Of a DNA stretch of 64,000 bases, positions 27,573 to 38,496 are shown in pieces. Made by a program: the position numbers and the translations under genes. The notes under the pieces were generated by a model. That model saw only the letters and a program-made list of their open reading frames with translations. It had not been told where the DNA came from and did not search any database. Position 1 is the stretch's first letter, and each line of letters opens with the position of its first letter. This DNA is from Thermoanaerobaculia bacterium (GTDB lineage Bacteria; Acidobacteriota; Thermoanaerobaculia; UBA5066): assembly GCA_963816185.1 (NCBI GenBank), contig CAWFJJ010000029.1, forward strand, positions 1 through 64,000, read 5' to 3'.

Positions 27573-28247
27573 TCAATGCACACGAAAGTCCCGTCCCGAA
27601 TCGACGACCGTGAAGCGTCGGCGGCGGAAAGGGTTCCTCATTCGCGGGAATCTCGGACCGCCGCCGCGAAAGCCACGGACGAAGAGCCACGCCACGGGCA
27701 GGCCGCCGAGCACGAACACGAGCCGCGCGAGCGAACGCGACGTCTGCAGCTCGGAGAAAACGACGAGGACGAGGGCGAGAATCGCGAACCCCAGGCGCGT
27801 CATCGGGAGAACTCCGAAGAACGAGAGGCGCTGCGAAGGTCCCTCGAGCATCCACGCGAAGATCAGCGCGAGGAGCGTCGGAGCGAGGCCGACGCCGCCC
27901 CCGACGAGGAGTCCGAGGCCTCCCGCGAGAGCCGTCGCGCTCAGGAGGAAGAGCGCAAACCGCCGCGAGCCCCACCGTGGTTCGAGCTCGCACCCGAAGC
28001 TCCACGTCAGGAGAAGGTCGAAGAGAACGGTCACGATCGACGCCTCGACGACCGCGTACGTGACGATCCGCCAGACCTCTCCGGCGAGCACCGCCGCTGG
28101 CGCGAGGGCGAGCCACACGGCCGCGGCAGGGGCGGCGAGCGTCAGGAGATAGCCGACGCCGACGGCGACGAGGGCGCCGCGCGTGACGGGCGGGATGCGG
28201 CGCCAGCCCGGCGGCGCGGAGAAGCGCATCGCGTAGGTCGGCCTCAT
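27573..28247 (-). CDS. Rhomboid-like/DUF1751-like membrane protein (no obvious catalytic GxS/H)
   Basis: PPVTRG...GEVWRIVTY...FGCELEPRWGSRRF; basic C-terminus ending RVH. Confidence 0.65.
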   Translation of the reverse strand: MRPTYAMRFSAPPGWRRIPPVTRGALVAVGVGYLLTLAAPAAAVWLALAPAAVLAGEVWRIVTYAVVEASIVTVLFDLLLTWSFGCELEPRWGSRRFALFLLSATALAGGLGLLVGGGVGLAPTLLALIFAWMLEGPSQRLSFFGVLPMTRLGFAILALVLVVFSELQTSRSLARLVFVLGGLPVAWLFVRGFRGGGPRFPRMRNPFRRRRFTVVDSGRDFRVH

Positions 28248-28903
28248 ATCTCTTTCCTCGTCTCCCGCGCGCCGAAGATCGCGCTGCCGACGCGTACGAG
28301 CGTCGCGCCTTCCTCGATGGCGGCCTCGAAGTCGTCGCTCATCCCCATCGAGAGCTCCCGGAGGCCGAGCGTTTCGCCGAGGCGCTTCAGGGCCGCAAAG
28401 TGAGGGCGAGTCTCCCCCGGCGGAGGGATCGTCATGAGCCCCCGGAGGTCGAGCGCAGGCAGATCCTTCACGGACGCCACGAGCGCAGCGGCCGCGTCCG
28501 GCTCGACGCCCGACTTGGTGGCTTCCCCGCCGAGGCGCACCTGGACGAGGACGGCGAGGCGTTTTCCGGCGGCCGCCGCGGCGCGATCGAGCAGCCGGGC
28601 GAGGTCCAGAGAGTCGACCGTCTCGACGACGGAGGCGATTTTCACGGAACGATTCGCCTTGTTCGACTGGATCGGGCCGATGAGGTGCCTCGCGGCGTCG
28701 GCCGGCAGGTGCGGAAATTTCTCCTCCGCCTCCTGCACGCGGTTCTCGCCGAACGCGCGAACGCCGGCTGCGTAGGCCGCCAGCAGATCGGAGAGCGGAT
28801 AGGTCTTCCCGACCGCGACGAGAAGGACGCATTCCTTCGCCCGGCCGCTCCGCGCGGCGGCCTGGGCGATACGCCCCTGCACCTCGGCGACGCGAGAGGC
28901 GAT
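28244..28903 (-). CDS. yggS: PLP homeostasis protein YggS (start uncertain)
   Basis: VAVGKT, FGENRVQE, HLIGPIQSNK, GLMTIPP, LSMGMSDD, VRVGSAIFG. The 5' end is anomalous (see findings). Confidence 0.9.
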   Translation of the reverse strand: MASRVAEVQGRIAQAAARSGRAKECVLLVAVGKTYPLSDLLAAYAAGVRAFGENRVQEAEEKFPHLPADAARHLIGPIQSNKANRSVKIASVVETVDSLDLARLLDRAAAAAGKRLAVLVQVRLGGEATKSGVEPDAAAALVASVKDLPALDLRGLMTIPPPGETRPHFAALKRLGETLGLRELSMGMSDDFEAAIEEGATLVRVGSAIFGARETRKEI

Positions 28904-28949
28904 CTCCTGGGACCTGCGTCACGATGGCGTCATCGCGGTCATCGCCCAG

Positions 28950-29357
28950 TCACCGCCCGGAAGGGGTCCCGTCGAGCACGCGGTTCGCGAGCGCGTCGGC
29001 CTCGCGGTTCTCCTCGCGCGGCACGTGGACGACGCGCAGGCGCTCGATGCCGCGCGACTTCCGCCGCGCCTCCTCGAGGAACGCGGCGAGGTGCTGCGCC
29101 TTCACGCGGTACTCGCCGGAGAACTGCCGGAGAACGAGCTGGCTATCGGCGCGGATCTCGACGTCCCGGGCGCCGGAGGCGAGCGCGAGGTCGAGAGCCG
29201 CGAGAAAGCCGCGCCACTCCGCGACGTTGTTCGTCGTCGTGCCGAGCCGCTTCGAATCCACGAGGCCCGCGGGCGACCAGACCCCGTAGGATGAAGGGCC
29301 GGGATTCCCCCGCGACGCCCCGTCGAAGTAGAGAACGAGGCGCTCTCTTGCCCTCAC
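28950..29357 (-). CDS. rnhA: Ribonuclease HI family protein
   Basis: FDGASRGNPG, TNNVAE, DSQLV, NREADALAN. Confidence 0.92.
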   Translation of the reverse strand: MRARERLVLYFDGASRGNPGPSSYGVWSPAGLVDSKRLGTTTNNVAEWRGFLAALDLALASGARDVEIRADSQLVLRQFSGEYRVKAQHLAAFLEEARRKSRGIERLRVVHVPREENREADALANRVLDGTPSGR

Positions 29358-30073
29358 GGAATCCAGTACAGGATCCTCTTGCAGCTTTCGCAGAACACGG
29401 TTTCTTTCGAGAGTCTCAGATCCGACAGGAGCTGCGGGCGCAAGCGAACGTGACAGGCCGAGCAGGCGGCCGTCTGCGGCCCGACCATGTCGACCCGGGC
29501 CACCGCCACGCCGGCCCTTTTGTGCCTGATCCGCTCGAAGGTCTTGAGGAGCCGCGGCTCGAGCTCGGCCCTAAGGGTCTTCGCCCGCGCGTTCGCCTGA
29601 GCGATCTCGGCGTCGAGAACCGCCTGCTCCGCCCGCCACTCTTTCATCTGCTCCTCGTAGCCCGCCTCTTCTGCCGGAAGCGCCACGTCTCGTCGGTCCA
29701 GCTCGGTCGACGATCCGGCCACCGTCTCGTCGAGGGAGAGGAGCTCGTCTTCGCGGGTCCTCACCTCGCGCTTGATCCCGTCGATCTCGTTCAACAGCGC
29801 GCTGTACTCGCGGCTCGTCTTCACCGACTGGAGCTGCTGCTGATACTTCTTGAGCTGCTCGGCGAGATCTGCGACTTCGCCGTTCAGCGCCTTCCTGCGT
29901 TGCTCCGCCTGCGAGAGGACGGCCCCCGCGGCCTCCCGCTGGCGCTGCGCGTCGCGGTAAGCGGCTTCGATGTGGACGAGGTGGTCCGGGGTCTTGTCCC
30001 GGCGCTCGGTTTTGTGGTGAACCTCGAGAAGAACCTCCTGGAGAAGAAAGAGCCTGTCGAGCGGACTCGTCAT
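29354..30073 (-). CDS. Coiled-coil protein with C4 zinc ribbon (DUF164/CT398-like)
   Basis: VKTSREYSAL coiled coil; CSACHV...CESCKRIL. Confidence 0.88.
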   Translation of the reverse strand: MTSPLDRLFLLQEVLLEVHHKTERRDKTPDHLVHIEAAYRDAQRQREAAGAVLSQAEQRRKALNGEVADLAEQLKKYQQQLQSVKTSREYSALLNEIDGIKREVRTREDELLSLDETVAGSSTELDRRDVALPAEEAGYEEQMKEWRAEQAVLDAEIAQANARAKTLRAELEPRLLKTFERIRHKRAGVAVARVDMVGPQTAACSACHVRLRPQLLSDLRLSKETVFCESCKRILYWIP

Positions 30074-30115
30074 CGTCGCGCTCACCTCGTCATCCCGATC
30101 ATTCTGACCCCCTGA

Positions 30116-30144
30116 AAATGAAAAAGGGCGCCTCAAAGGCGCCC
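30116..30144 (-). terminator. Rho-independent terminator downstream of the tRNA
   Basis: Minus strand GGGCGCCT-TTG-AGGCGCCC-TTTTTCATTTT. Confidence 0.75.
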
Positions 30145-30240
30145 GGCTGGACGAATCCCCGGCACTCGAAAGAGCCCATGGGATCGGAAGTGTCTTGTCG
30201 CGCCCGGATGTCGTGTCTCCCTCTCGGTCCCGTCGTCCGG

Positions 30241-30313
30241 TGGGTCCGCCTGGATTCGAACCAGGGACCCGCCGGTTATGAGCCGGTGGCTCTGACCGCT
30301 GAGCTACGGACCC
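30241..30313 (-). tRNA. tRNA with CAU anticodon, most likely tRNA-Ile2 (lysidine); CCA not fully encoded
   Basis: GGGTCCGTAGCTCAGCGGTCAGAGCCACCGGCTCATAACCGGCGGGTCCCTGGTTCGAATCCAGGCGGACCCA folds as a cloverleaf. G1-C72 is paired, so it is not an initiator tRNA. Confidence 0.93.
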
Positions 30314-30349
30314 CGACGGCCGAATTTGAAGGATAGCACGACGAGGATC

Positions 30350-30428
30350 TTCTTAGAAGGCGCGGGCGGGGGACGCTCGTCGGGCCGCGGCTCGCCGCGC
30401 TTCGTCCTTTTCTCTTACCTTCTAAGAA
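30350..30428. repeat. Intergenic inverted-repeat element TTCTTAGAAGG...CCTTCTAAGAA, copy 2
   Basis: Perfect 11-bp inverted repeat at 30350-30360 and 30418-30428, between rpoD and the tRNA. Confidence 0.62.
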
Positions 30429-30436
30429 TCTCTTTC

Positions 30437-32185
<1,749 letters not shown>

Positions 32186-32226
32186 CGAATTCTCACTTCC
32201 ATGCGCCCCGGGATGGCCGGCGCGCC

Positions 32227-34047
32227 TCAAGTCCGACTCGCGTTTTCCGCCTTAAGTTCCGCCTTCAGGCGCCGGATATCCTCGACGAGGGCCTGCTTGC
32301 GGCGATAAGCCGCCTCGCGCCCCTCGACGTTTCCGGACGCCGCGGCGTTCTGGATCTCCGGCTGGAGGCCTTTCGCCGACTCCTCCAGGAAACGTATCTT
32401 CAATTGGAGCAATGGGATATGAATACTACTGAGCCCGCTTTTGTCCCCACTCTCGCCCGGGTTTTTCACCCTCGAATTGCCCGACTGGAGCAGCAACTCT
32501 GCGGCGAGGGGACCCGCATCTGCCCCAAGATGTGACGTAAATTCAGAAAAATCAAGGGTTACGGGCTCGCCTCCGATCGCCTTGAGGGCTATAAGTATCT
32601 CTTTTGCAATAGGATGCGAGAAAATCTCGGGTGGGAGCCTGCCGGTCAGGGCTGCGCTCTCGGGCCATTCCGTGAGAAGTGCCGAGAGCACACGCGCCTC
32701 CCCCTCCGAAAGGTCCAAGGAAGCCCGGCTTCCCGAGGCCCCCGGAGTGGACTTAACCGCCGCGGGGGCGGTTTTCTTCCCGAGGAGCTGGAGAACCTCC
32801 GCCCTACTCAGACTGAGACTCGTGGCGATCTCCGTCTCGTATTGGATCCGCATCCCAGGGTCCGAACAACGGTAGACGATCTCAAGAACGCGCTTGGCTC
32901 TCTCATTCCGCTCGAGACGCGTGGCATCTCCGAGTTTTCCCAGAAGGTCGGAGATCAGGCTCGTCTTCTCGGAAATCTTCGTGCGAAGCGCGTCGGGACC
33001 GTATTTTCTGAGAAACGAGTCGGGATCTTCGCCCGCGGGAAAAGCGACGAGCTGGATGTCCAGGCCGTGTTCGAGAAGCATGGGAATGACCTTGAGGGCA
33101 GCCGCTCCACCTGGCGCATCGCCGTCATAGGCAACGAGCACCTTCCGCGCATGTCGCCCGAGCAGCTCCGCCTGCGCGGGCGTGAGCGCCGTCCCCATCG
33201 AGGCGACCGCGTTCGGGGCGCCCGCGCGCTCACATGCAATGCGGTCGAAATACCCCTCGACGAGGAGTACGGCGTCCTCCCTGCGGATCGCCTCTTTCGC
33301 GCGGTCGAGGCCGTAGAGGAGCTTGCCCTTCGAGAAGCGCGCCGTCTCCGGCGAGTTGAGGTACTTCGGTTGATCGTCTCCGAAGGCACGCGCACCGAAG
33401 CCCAGGATCTCGCCGCGCCCGTCTCGGATCTCAATCGTGAGGCGGTTGCGGAAGCGGTCGTACACGCGGCCGGTCTCGGGGTTCTTCTGAAGGAGGCCGG
33501 CGTCCAAGGCGGCGTCTTCGTGCACACGCGGGGCAAGCGACGTCTTCAGCGCGTCCCAGGCGTCGAGGGCGGCGCCGAGGCCGTACGTGCGCGCGTCGTC
33601 GAGCGAGAGGCCGCGTCCTTCGAGAAGCGCCCGGGCGGCCTCGTGCCGATCGAGGTTCGCGCGGAAGAAAGCAGCCGCCAAAGAGAGCGCCTCGGCAACC
33701 CGCGTCTCCTTCCCGCGGTCCACGCGCGAGCCGCTCCGGCGCATCGGGAGCGTGATCCCGGCGAGGCGCGCGAGGTAGGCGACGGCCTCGGGAAACTCGA
33801 GGCGCTCGGTCTCTCTCACGAACGTGATCGCGTCGCCTTTGGCGCCGCAGCCGAAGCAGTAATAGAAGCCCTTGTCGGGATGCACGTGAAAGGAGGGAGT
33901 CTTCTCGCCGTGGAACGGGCACAGGCCCTTCCACGAGCGGCCGGTCTTCTTGAGCGACGTCGCGGCGCCGACGAGCTGGACGAGGTCCGTCGCCGCGAGG
34001 ACGTCCCGCTTGACGTCGTCCGAAATGTCGTAAACGGGCTCAGACAT
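32227..34047 (-). CDS. dnaG: DNA primase
   Basis: [11 protein letters not shown]...CFGC zinc finger, [17 protein letters not shown] Toprim. Confidence 0.97.
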   Translation of the reverse strand: MSEPVYDISDDVKRDVLAATDLVQLVGAATSLKKTGRSWKGLCPFHGEKTPSFHVHPDKGFYYCFGCGAKGDAITFVRETERLEFPEAVAYLARLAGITLPMRRSGSRVDRGKETRVAEALSLAAAFFRANLDRHEAARALLEGRGLSLDDARTYGLGAALDAWDALKTSLAPRVHEDAALDAGLLQKNPETGRVYDRFRNRLTIEIRDGRGEILGFGARAFGDDQPKYLNSPETARFSKGKLLYGLDRAKEAIRREDAVLLVEGYFDRIACERAGAPNAVASMGTALTPAQAELLGRHARKVLVAYDGDAPGGAAALKVIPMLLEHGLDIQLVAFPAGEDPDSFLRKYGPDALRTKISEKTSLISDLLGKLGDATRLERNERAKRVLEIVYRCSDPGMRIQYETEIATSLSLSRAEVLQLLGKKTAPAAVKSTPGASGSRASLDLSEGEARVLSALLTEWPESAALTGRLPPEIFSHPIAKEILIALKAIGGEPVTLDFSEFTSHLGADAGPLAAELLLQSGNSRVKNPGESGDKSGLSSIHIPLLQLKIRFLEESAKGLQPEIQNAAASGNVEGREAAYRRKQALVEDIRRLKAELKAENASRT

Positions 34048-36445
34048 CCAGCCTCGCGATCGTGACGGCCTGGCCGCCTTCCTGCGCGTCTCCCCAGCGA
34101 TACGACGCGACGCCGGGATGGGTTTGGAGGAAGTCGCGCACGGCCGCGGCGAGGCGCCCCGTGCCGTGACCGTGAACGAGCCGAAGCGCCCCCTTGCCCG
34201 AGAGAAGAGCGTCGTTGATCGCCTTCTCGACGACGGGCAGGGCTTCGTCGACGCGCTGTCCGACGAGGACGACCTCGGCCGTGGCGACGACTCCCGAGGG
34301 CGACGACGGGGGAGTCGCCGCCCGGCTCGAGGCCACGAGCGTGGACCGGACCGGAACCGCACGGCCCGTCGGGGCCGGGGTCAGGGCGGCGGCCGCCACC
34401 TTCAGGCGCTTGCCCTTCACCTCGACTTCGGCCTCGCCCCGGCCCGCGTCGAGCGCGAGGAGCCGGCCGGAGGTGCCGAGGCTCGCGACGCGGACCTCCA
34501 TGCCGACGGCCACGGGCCCGGCGACGAGGGCAGGCTCCGCGTCAGTGCCGAAGAGAGAGAGCGCGGCCTCACGCGCCGACTGCGTGACGGTCATGAGCGC
34601 GCCCCTCGAGATCGAGCGGCCTGCCTTCAGGTCTCCGCGCATGCGCTCGAGCTCCTGTCGTGTCTTCTCACGCAGCATCGCGAGCGCCCGGTCGATCTGC
34701 TCCTTCGCTTTTTCTTTGACGCGCGCCCGTTCGGCCGCGAGCTGGGTGCGCTCCTTCTCTAGGTCCGAGAGCCGCGCGTCCGCCTCGCGGGCCGTCCGCT
34801 TCGCCTTGTCCGCCTCTTCGCGGGCGTGCCGCGTCTCGGCCTCGAGGCGCGCGAGAGCCGCGTCGGCCGCCTCCCATTTCGCGCCGAGGCGTTTTCTTGC
34901 AGCCGAAAGGACGCGCGCCGGCAGGCCCGCCTTCTCGGCCACCGTGAGCGCGCGCGAGCGCCCGCTCGCGCCCGGGCGCACCCGGAACGTGGGCCGGCCG
35001 GCCTTCTCGTCGAACTCCATCGCCGCCGAGAGAACCCCGGGGCGGTCCTGCGCCCACTCCTTCACGACGGAAAGGTGAGTCGTCGCCACCGTCAGGCCCC
35101 CTCGTCGGAGGTCCTCCTCGAGCACGGCGATCGCGAGGGCCGCGCCTTCGTCGGGGTCCGTGCCGCTGCCGAGCTCGTCGACGAGGACGAGGCTTCTCGG
35201 GGTCGCCTCGGCGAGGACGCGTGCCGTGCGCGTCATCGCCGCCGCGAACGACGAAAGGTCGCCGAGGAGATCCTGCGCGTCGCCCGCGACGACGAGCACC
35301 TTGTCGAAGACGGGGAGCGAGGAGCCCGCTGCGGCCGGAATCGCGAAGCCCGACTGCGCGAGGAGGGCGAAAAGGCCGACGGTCTTCATCGCGACGGTCT
35401 TGCCGCCGGCGTTCGGTCCGGACAGGAGGAGGAGGCGCGACCCTTCGGGCAGCTCGAGGTCCAGCGGCACCGCGTCCGCGCGGCGTTCCTCGAGCTCTCC
35501 GAAAACGTCCGCGCGAAGGTCCGCGAGGCGGCGGTCGAGCAGGGGATGGCGCGCCCCCCGGAGGACCAGCCGGTCCGAAAAGTCGGGGAAAACGCCGGCG
35601 ACGCGCGACGAGAACTCCGCCCGCGCCTGATACGCGTCCAGCTCGATGAGCACCTCGACGGCCGCCACGAGATCCTCGCGCCGCGAAGAGAACCGCGCCG
35701 TGAGCGCAACCAGGATGCGGTGCACCTCTTCGCGCTCCTCCTCGACGGCCTCCGCGAGGGCGTTGTTGTCCTCGACGACGGCCAGCGGCTCGATGAAGAT
35801 CGTCTGGCCCGAGCCCGACCGCTCATGCAGGAGGCCTCCCACCAGCTCGCGGCGGTCCGTGCGCACGGGCAGGCAGTAGCGACCGCCCTTCTCGGTGACG
35901 TAGCCGCCCGTGAGCGCGTCCGGATGCGAGCGGGCGACCTCCTCGAGCTTCCGGACGACTTCCTTGCGCAGGCGCTGGATCGACGAGCGGATCGCGTAGA
36001 GGCGCGCAGACGCCGTGTCCTTGACGCGCCCGTCGGGCTCGAACGTGGGCTCTCTCTCGGCGAGGAGGTCCTCGAAGGACGCGAGGGGAAAAAGGAGATC
36101 GGCGAGGTGGGGGAGCTCGAGATCGGGCAGACCAACGGCGGCCCGCGCCCCCTCCGCGCGCTCGACGAGAAGGAATAGGTCGAGGAGGTCCTCCGGCGCA
36201 AGCGCGCGGCCCTGCGGGCCCAGCCGCGAGACGAGGGGCGCGCCTTCGTCGAGACCGCCGAGCGGCACCGGAGGCCTTTGCGCACGCCGGCTCACGAGGT
36301 CCCGCGTCACTCCGAGCCGGCGCACGACCTCGAACGCATCCGGGGACGGCGCCGCGGCCTGGAGCCGGTCGCGTCCGCGCTCCGTGGCACAAAAACGCCC
36401 GGCGAGCCTAAGCGCGCCGGGCCAGTCGAGCTCGGAATGACTCAC
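34040..36445 (-). CDS. mutS2: MutS2 (Smr domain)
   Basis: SGPNAGGKT, DELGSGTDP, TTH motifs; C-terminal Smr VHGHGTG. Confidence 0.95.
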   Translation of the reverse strand: MSHSELDWPGALRLAGRFCATERGRDRLQAAAPSPDAFEVVRRLGVTRDLVSRRAQRPPVPLGGLDEGAPLVSRLGPQGRALAPEDLLDLFLLVERAEGARAAVGLPDLELPHLADLLFPLASFEDLLAEREPTFEPDGRVKDTASARLYAIRSSIQRLRKEVVRKLEEVARSHPDALTGGYVTEKGGRYCLPVRTDRRELVGGLLHERSGSGQTIFIEPLAVVEDNNALAEAVEEEREEVHRILVALTARFSSRREDLVAAVEVLIELDAYQARAEFSSRVAGVFPDFSDRLVLRGARHPLLDRRLADLRADVFGELEERRADAVPLDLELPEGSRLLLLSGPNAGGKTVAMKTVGLFALLAQSGFAIPAAAGSSLPVFDKVLVVAGDAQDLLGDLSSFAAAMTRTARVLAEATPRSLVLVDELGSGTDPDEGAALAIAVLEEDLRRGGLTVATTHLSVVKEWAQDRPGVLSAAMEFDEKAGRPTFRVRPGASGRSRALTVAEKAGLPARVLSAARKRLGAKWEAADAALARLEAETRHAREEADKAKRTAREADARLSDLEKERTQLAAERARVKEKAKEQIDRALAMLREKTRQELERMRGDLKAGRSISRGALMTVTQSAREAALSLFGTDAEPALVAGPVAVGMEVRVASLGTSGRLLALDAGRGEAEVEVKGKRLKVAAAALTPAPTGRAVPVRSTLVASSRAATPPSSPSGVVATAEVVLVGQRVDEALPVVEKAINDALLSGKGALRLVHGHGTGRLAAAVRDFLQTHPGVASYRWGDAQEGGQAVTIARLDV

Positions 36446-36456
36446 GGAACGGGAAT

Positions 36457-36663
36457 CTACATCCCCGTGCGTCGCTCTTCAGCCAGCTTGCGGAGCATCT
36501 TCTTTCGGGCGGCGATGGCCTTGCGCTTGCGCTTGGCCGAGGGTTTCTCATAGTGCTGACGCTTCTTGAGCTCGGAGAGGATTCCGGATTTCTCGCACTT
36601 GCGCTTGAACCTTCGCAGGGCGTTTTCGAACGACTCGTCTTCCTTGACGTGGATCAGCGGCAC
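36457..36663 (-). CDS. rpsU: 30S ribosomal protein S21
   Basis: [33 protein letters not shown]. Confidence 0.97.
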   Translation of the reverse strand: MPLIHVKEDESFENALRRFKRKCEKSGILSELKKRQHYEKPSAKRKRKAIAARKKMLRKLAEERRTGM

Positions 36664-36860
36664 TTTGGATCTCCCTCCTCTCCGGCCCCGAATGCCCGCG
36701 GAACCCTAAGGTCCCGAGGGCGTGGGCAAACCCCACATGCTAGAGGCGCCGGCGCCAGAGGTCAACGTGCCTCTTCGGGGCCCCGTTCCACGGCGCTGTC
36801 CGAATATAATGCCGCGAACACGACGCCGAAGGCCCTCGTGATGGCGCCGTCAGGAGACGT

Positions 36861-38492
36861 ATGCCGGTCGACCCCGCCGCGACACGCCGCTTGATCGAAT
36901 CGCTCTCCACGCATCTCGAGGATCACCTCGCGGCGTGGAAGTCGTCGCTCGTGGACGCGCGGCGAGACATCGAGGCGCTCCTCTCCACCCTCTCGGACAA
37001 GATCCCGGCGCACGCCAAGCCTCTTCTTCCCGAGGACATCGTGTCTCTGATGCTCGAGGACGTGGTCCCTCCGGCGTCCCCGCCCGCGCCTGCGGTCGCT
37101 CCGGGCGCGCCGCAGGCCGACTGGACCGTCGTGCGCGGGTCGCTCGCCGCGATCGAGTCGGCCCGCTCGCAAGTCGACGTCCTCTCGCGCTTTCTCACGC
37201 GCGTGAACGCGCACGCCTCACGCGTGGCGCTTCTCGTCCTGCGCAACGACCGGCTCACCGGATGGAAGTCCGTCGGCTTCGACGCGTCCGGCGGACGCGA
37301 CGAGGCCGTGCGCGCGCTCGACCTCGGCAGCGATGACGACCCGTTCGTCGCGGCGCTGCTCAAGTCGCAGCGCTCCATGCTCGCCGAGCCGCCCGACGAA
37401 TCCGCCCCGCTCCGCCGCGCCCTTTCCGGACAGGCGCCTGCGCGCACGCTTCTCGTTCCCATGGTGATCCGGGACCGGCTCGCGGGCATCGTCTGCGCCG
37501 ACGAGCTGCCGGGCGAGGAGGGCCGCCTGAACGAGGCTGCCGTCGAAGTCCTCACGTTCGTGACCGGACTCGCCGTGGATCTCCTGGCCGCACGCAAGAA
37601 GATCCCGTCTCCTTCCCTCACACCGACCGGCGAGGCGATCCCGCGCTTCGAGTCCCCCGGCGTGACGATGCGCGCGCCGGTCGCCGACTTCGAGATCGCG
37701 ACCCCCTTACCCGCTCCTCCCGCACCGGCACCGGCCCATCCGCCGGCCGCGGCGCCGACGCCGCGCTCGAGGTCGACCGACGCCGGCGAGGCCCTGCGCG
37801 CAATCGAGGAGGCGGCCAAGACACGAATGCCTCAGGGCGTCCGCTCCTTCTCGTCCGACCCCGGGCTGACGAGCGCGATTCCCACGATCACGGCGGCCCC
37901 CGCTCTCCCGCCGCCCTCGTTCTCGTCGTTCTCTTCCGCTCCTGCCGTCTCTTCCACTCCCACCGTCGCGCCCGCGCCGCCGCCTCCCGTTTCGGCGTCC
38001 TTGCCCTCTCCGGCCTCTTCGCCGCTCGCGAATGCCTCGACAGGCGATTTCACCGGGGCGTTCGAGGCTCTGCGCGCGTCCGGACGCGTCCCGCTCCCCG
38101 GGGAGGGCGACGTGACGGCGCAGAAGCCGGTCCGCCCCACGTCCGCCGTCATGCCGCCACGAGACCTGGCGAGCGTCCCCCGACCGATCTCGGGGTTCGT
38201 GCCTCGCGGCCGCGCCACGGCCGCCGACAGCCCGCAGCGCGCTCTCGACGACGCGCGCCGCCTGGCTCGTCTCCTCATCTCGGAGATCAAGCTCTACAAC
38301 GAAAAGAAGGTCGAGGACGGCCGCGCCGCCCAAGACCTCTACGAGCGCCTCAAGGACGACATCGAGAGAAGCCGACAGGTCTACGACGAGCGCACCCCCG
38401 CCAACATTCGACAGGACACGAACTTCTTCCACGACGAGCTCGTGCGCATCCTCGCCGACGGGCGGGCCGAAGCGCTCGGCTCGGTGAGCTGA
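36861..38492 (+). CDS. GAF-like domain protein with Pro/Ala linker and conserved helical C-terminal domain
   Basis: LLVPMVIRDRLAGIVCAD GAF-like strand; C-terminus ARRLARLLISEIKLYNEKKV...LKDDIERSRQVYDER. Confidence 0.75.
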   Translation: MPVDPAATRRLIESLSTHLEDHLAAWKSSLVDARRDIEALLSTLSDKIPAHAKPLLPEDIVSLMLEDVVPPASPPAPAVAPGAPQADWTVVRGSLAAIESARSQVDVLSRFLTRVNAHASRVALLVLRNDRLTGWKSVGFDASGGRDEAVRALDLGSDDDPFVAALLKSQRSMLAEPPDESAPLRRALSGQAPARTLLVPMVIRDRLAGIVCADELPGEEGRLNEAAVEVLTFVTGLAVDLLAARKKIPSPSLTPTGEAIPRFESPGVTMRAPVADFEIATPLPAPPAPAPAHPPAAAPTPRSRSTDAGEALRAIEEAAKTRMPQGVRSFSSDPGLTSAIPTITAAPALPPPSFSSFSSAPAVSSTPTVAPAPPPPVSASLPSPASSPLANASTGDFTGAFEALRASGRVPLPGEGDVTAQKPVRPTSAVMPPRDLASVPRPISGFVPRGRATAADSPQRALDDARRLARLLISEIKLYNEKKVEDGRAAQDLYERLKDDIERSRQVYDERTPANIRQDTNFFHDELVRILADGRAEALGSVS

Positions 38493-38496
38493 GCCG

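Noticed and set aside
30145-30240. Structured RNA between the tRNA and its terminator (GGACGA/TCGTCC pairing)
   Set aside because: Only short pairings, compatible with chance or an ordinary tRNA trailer.
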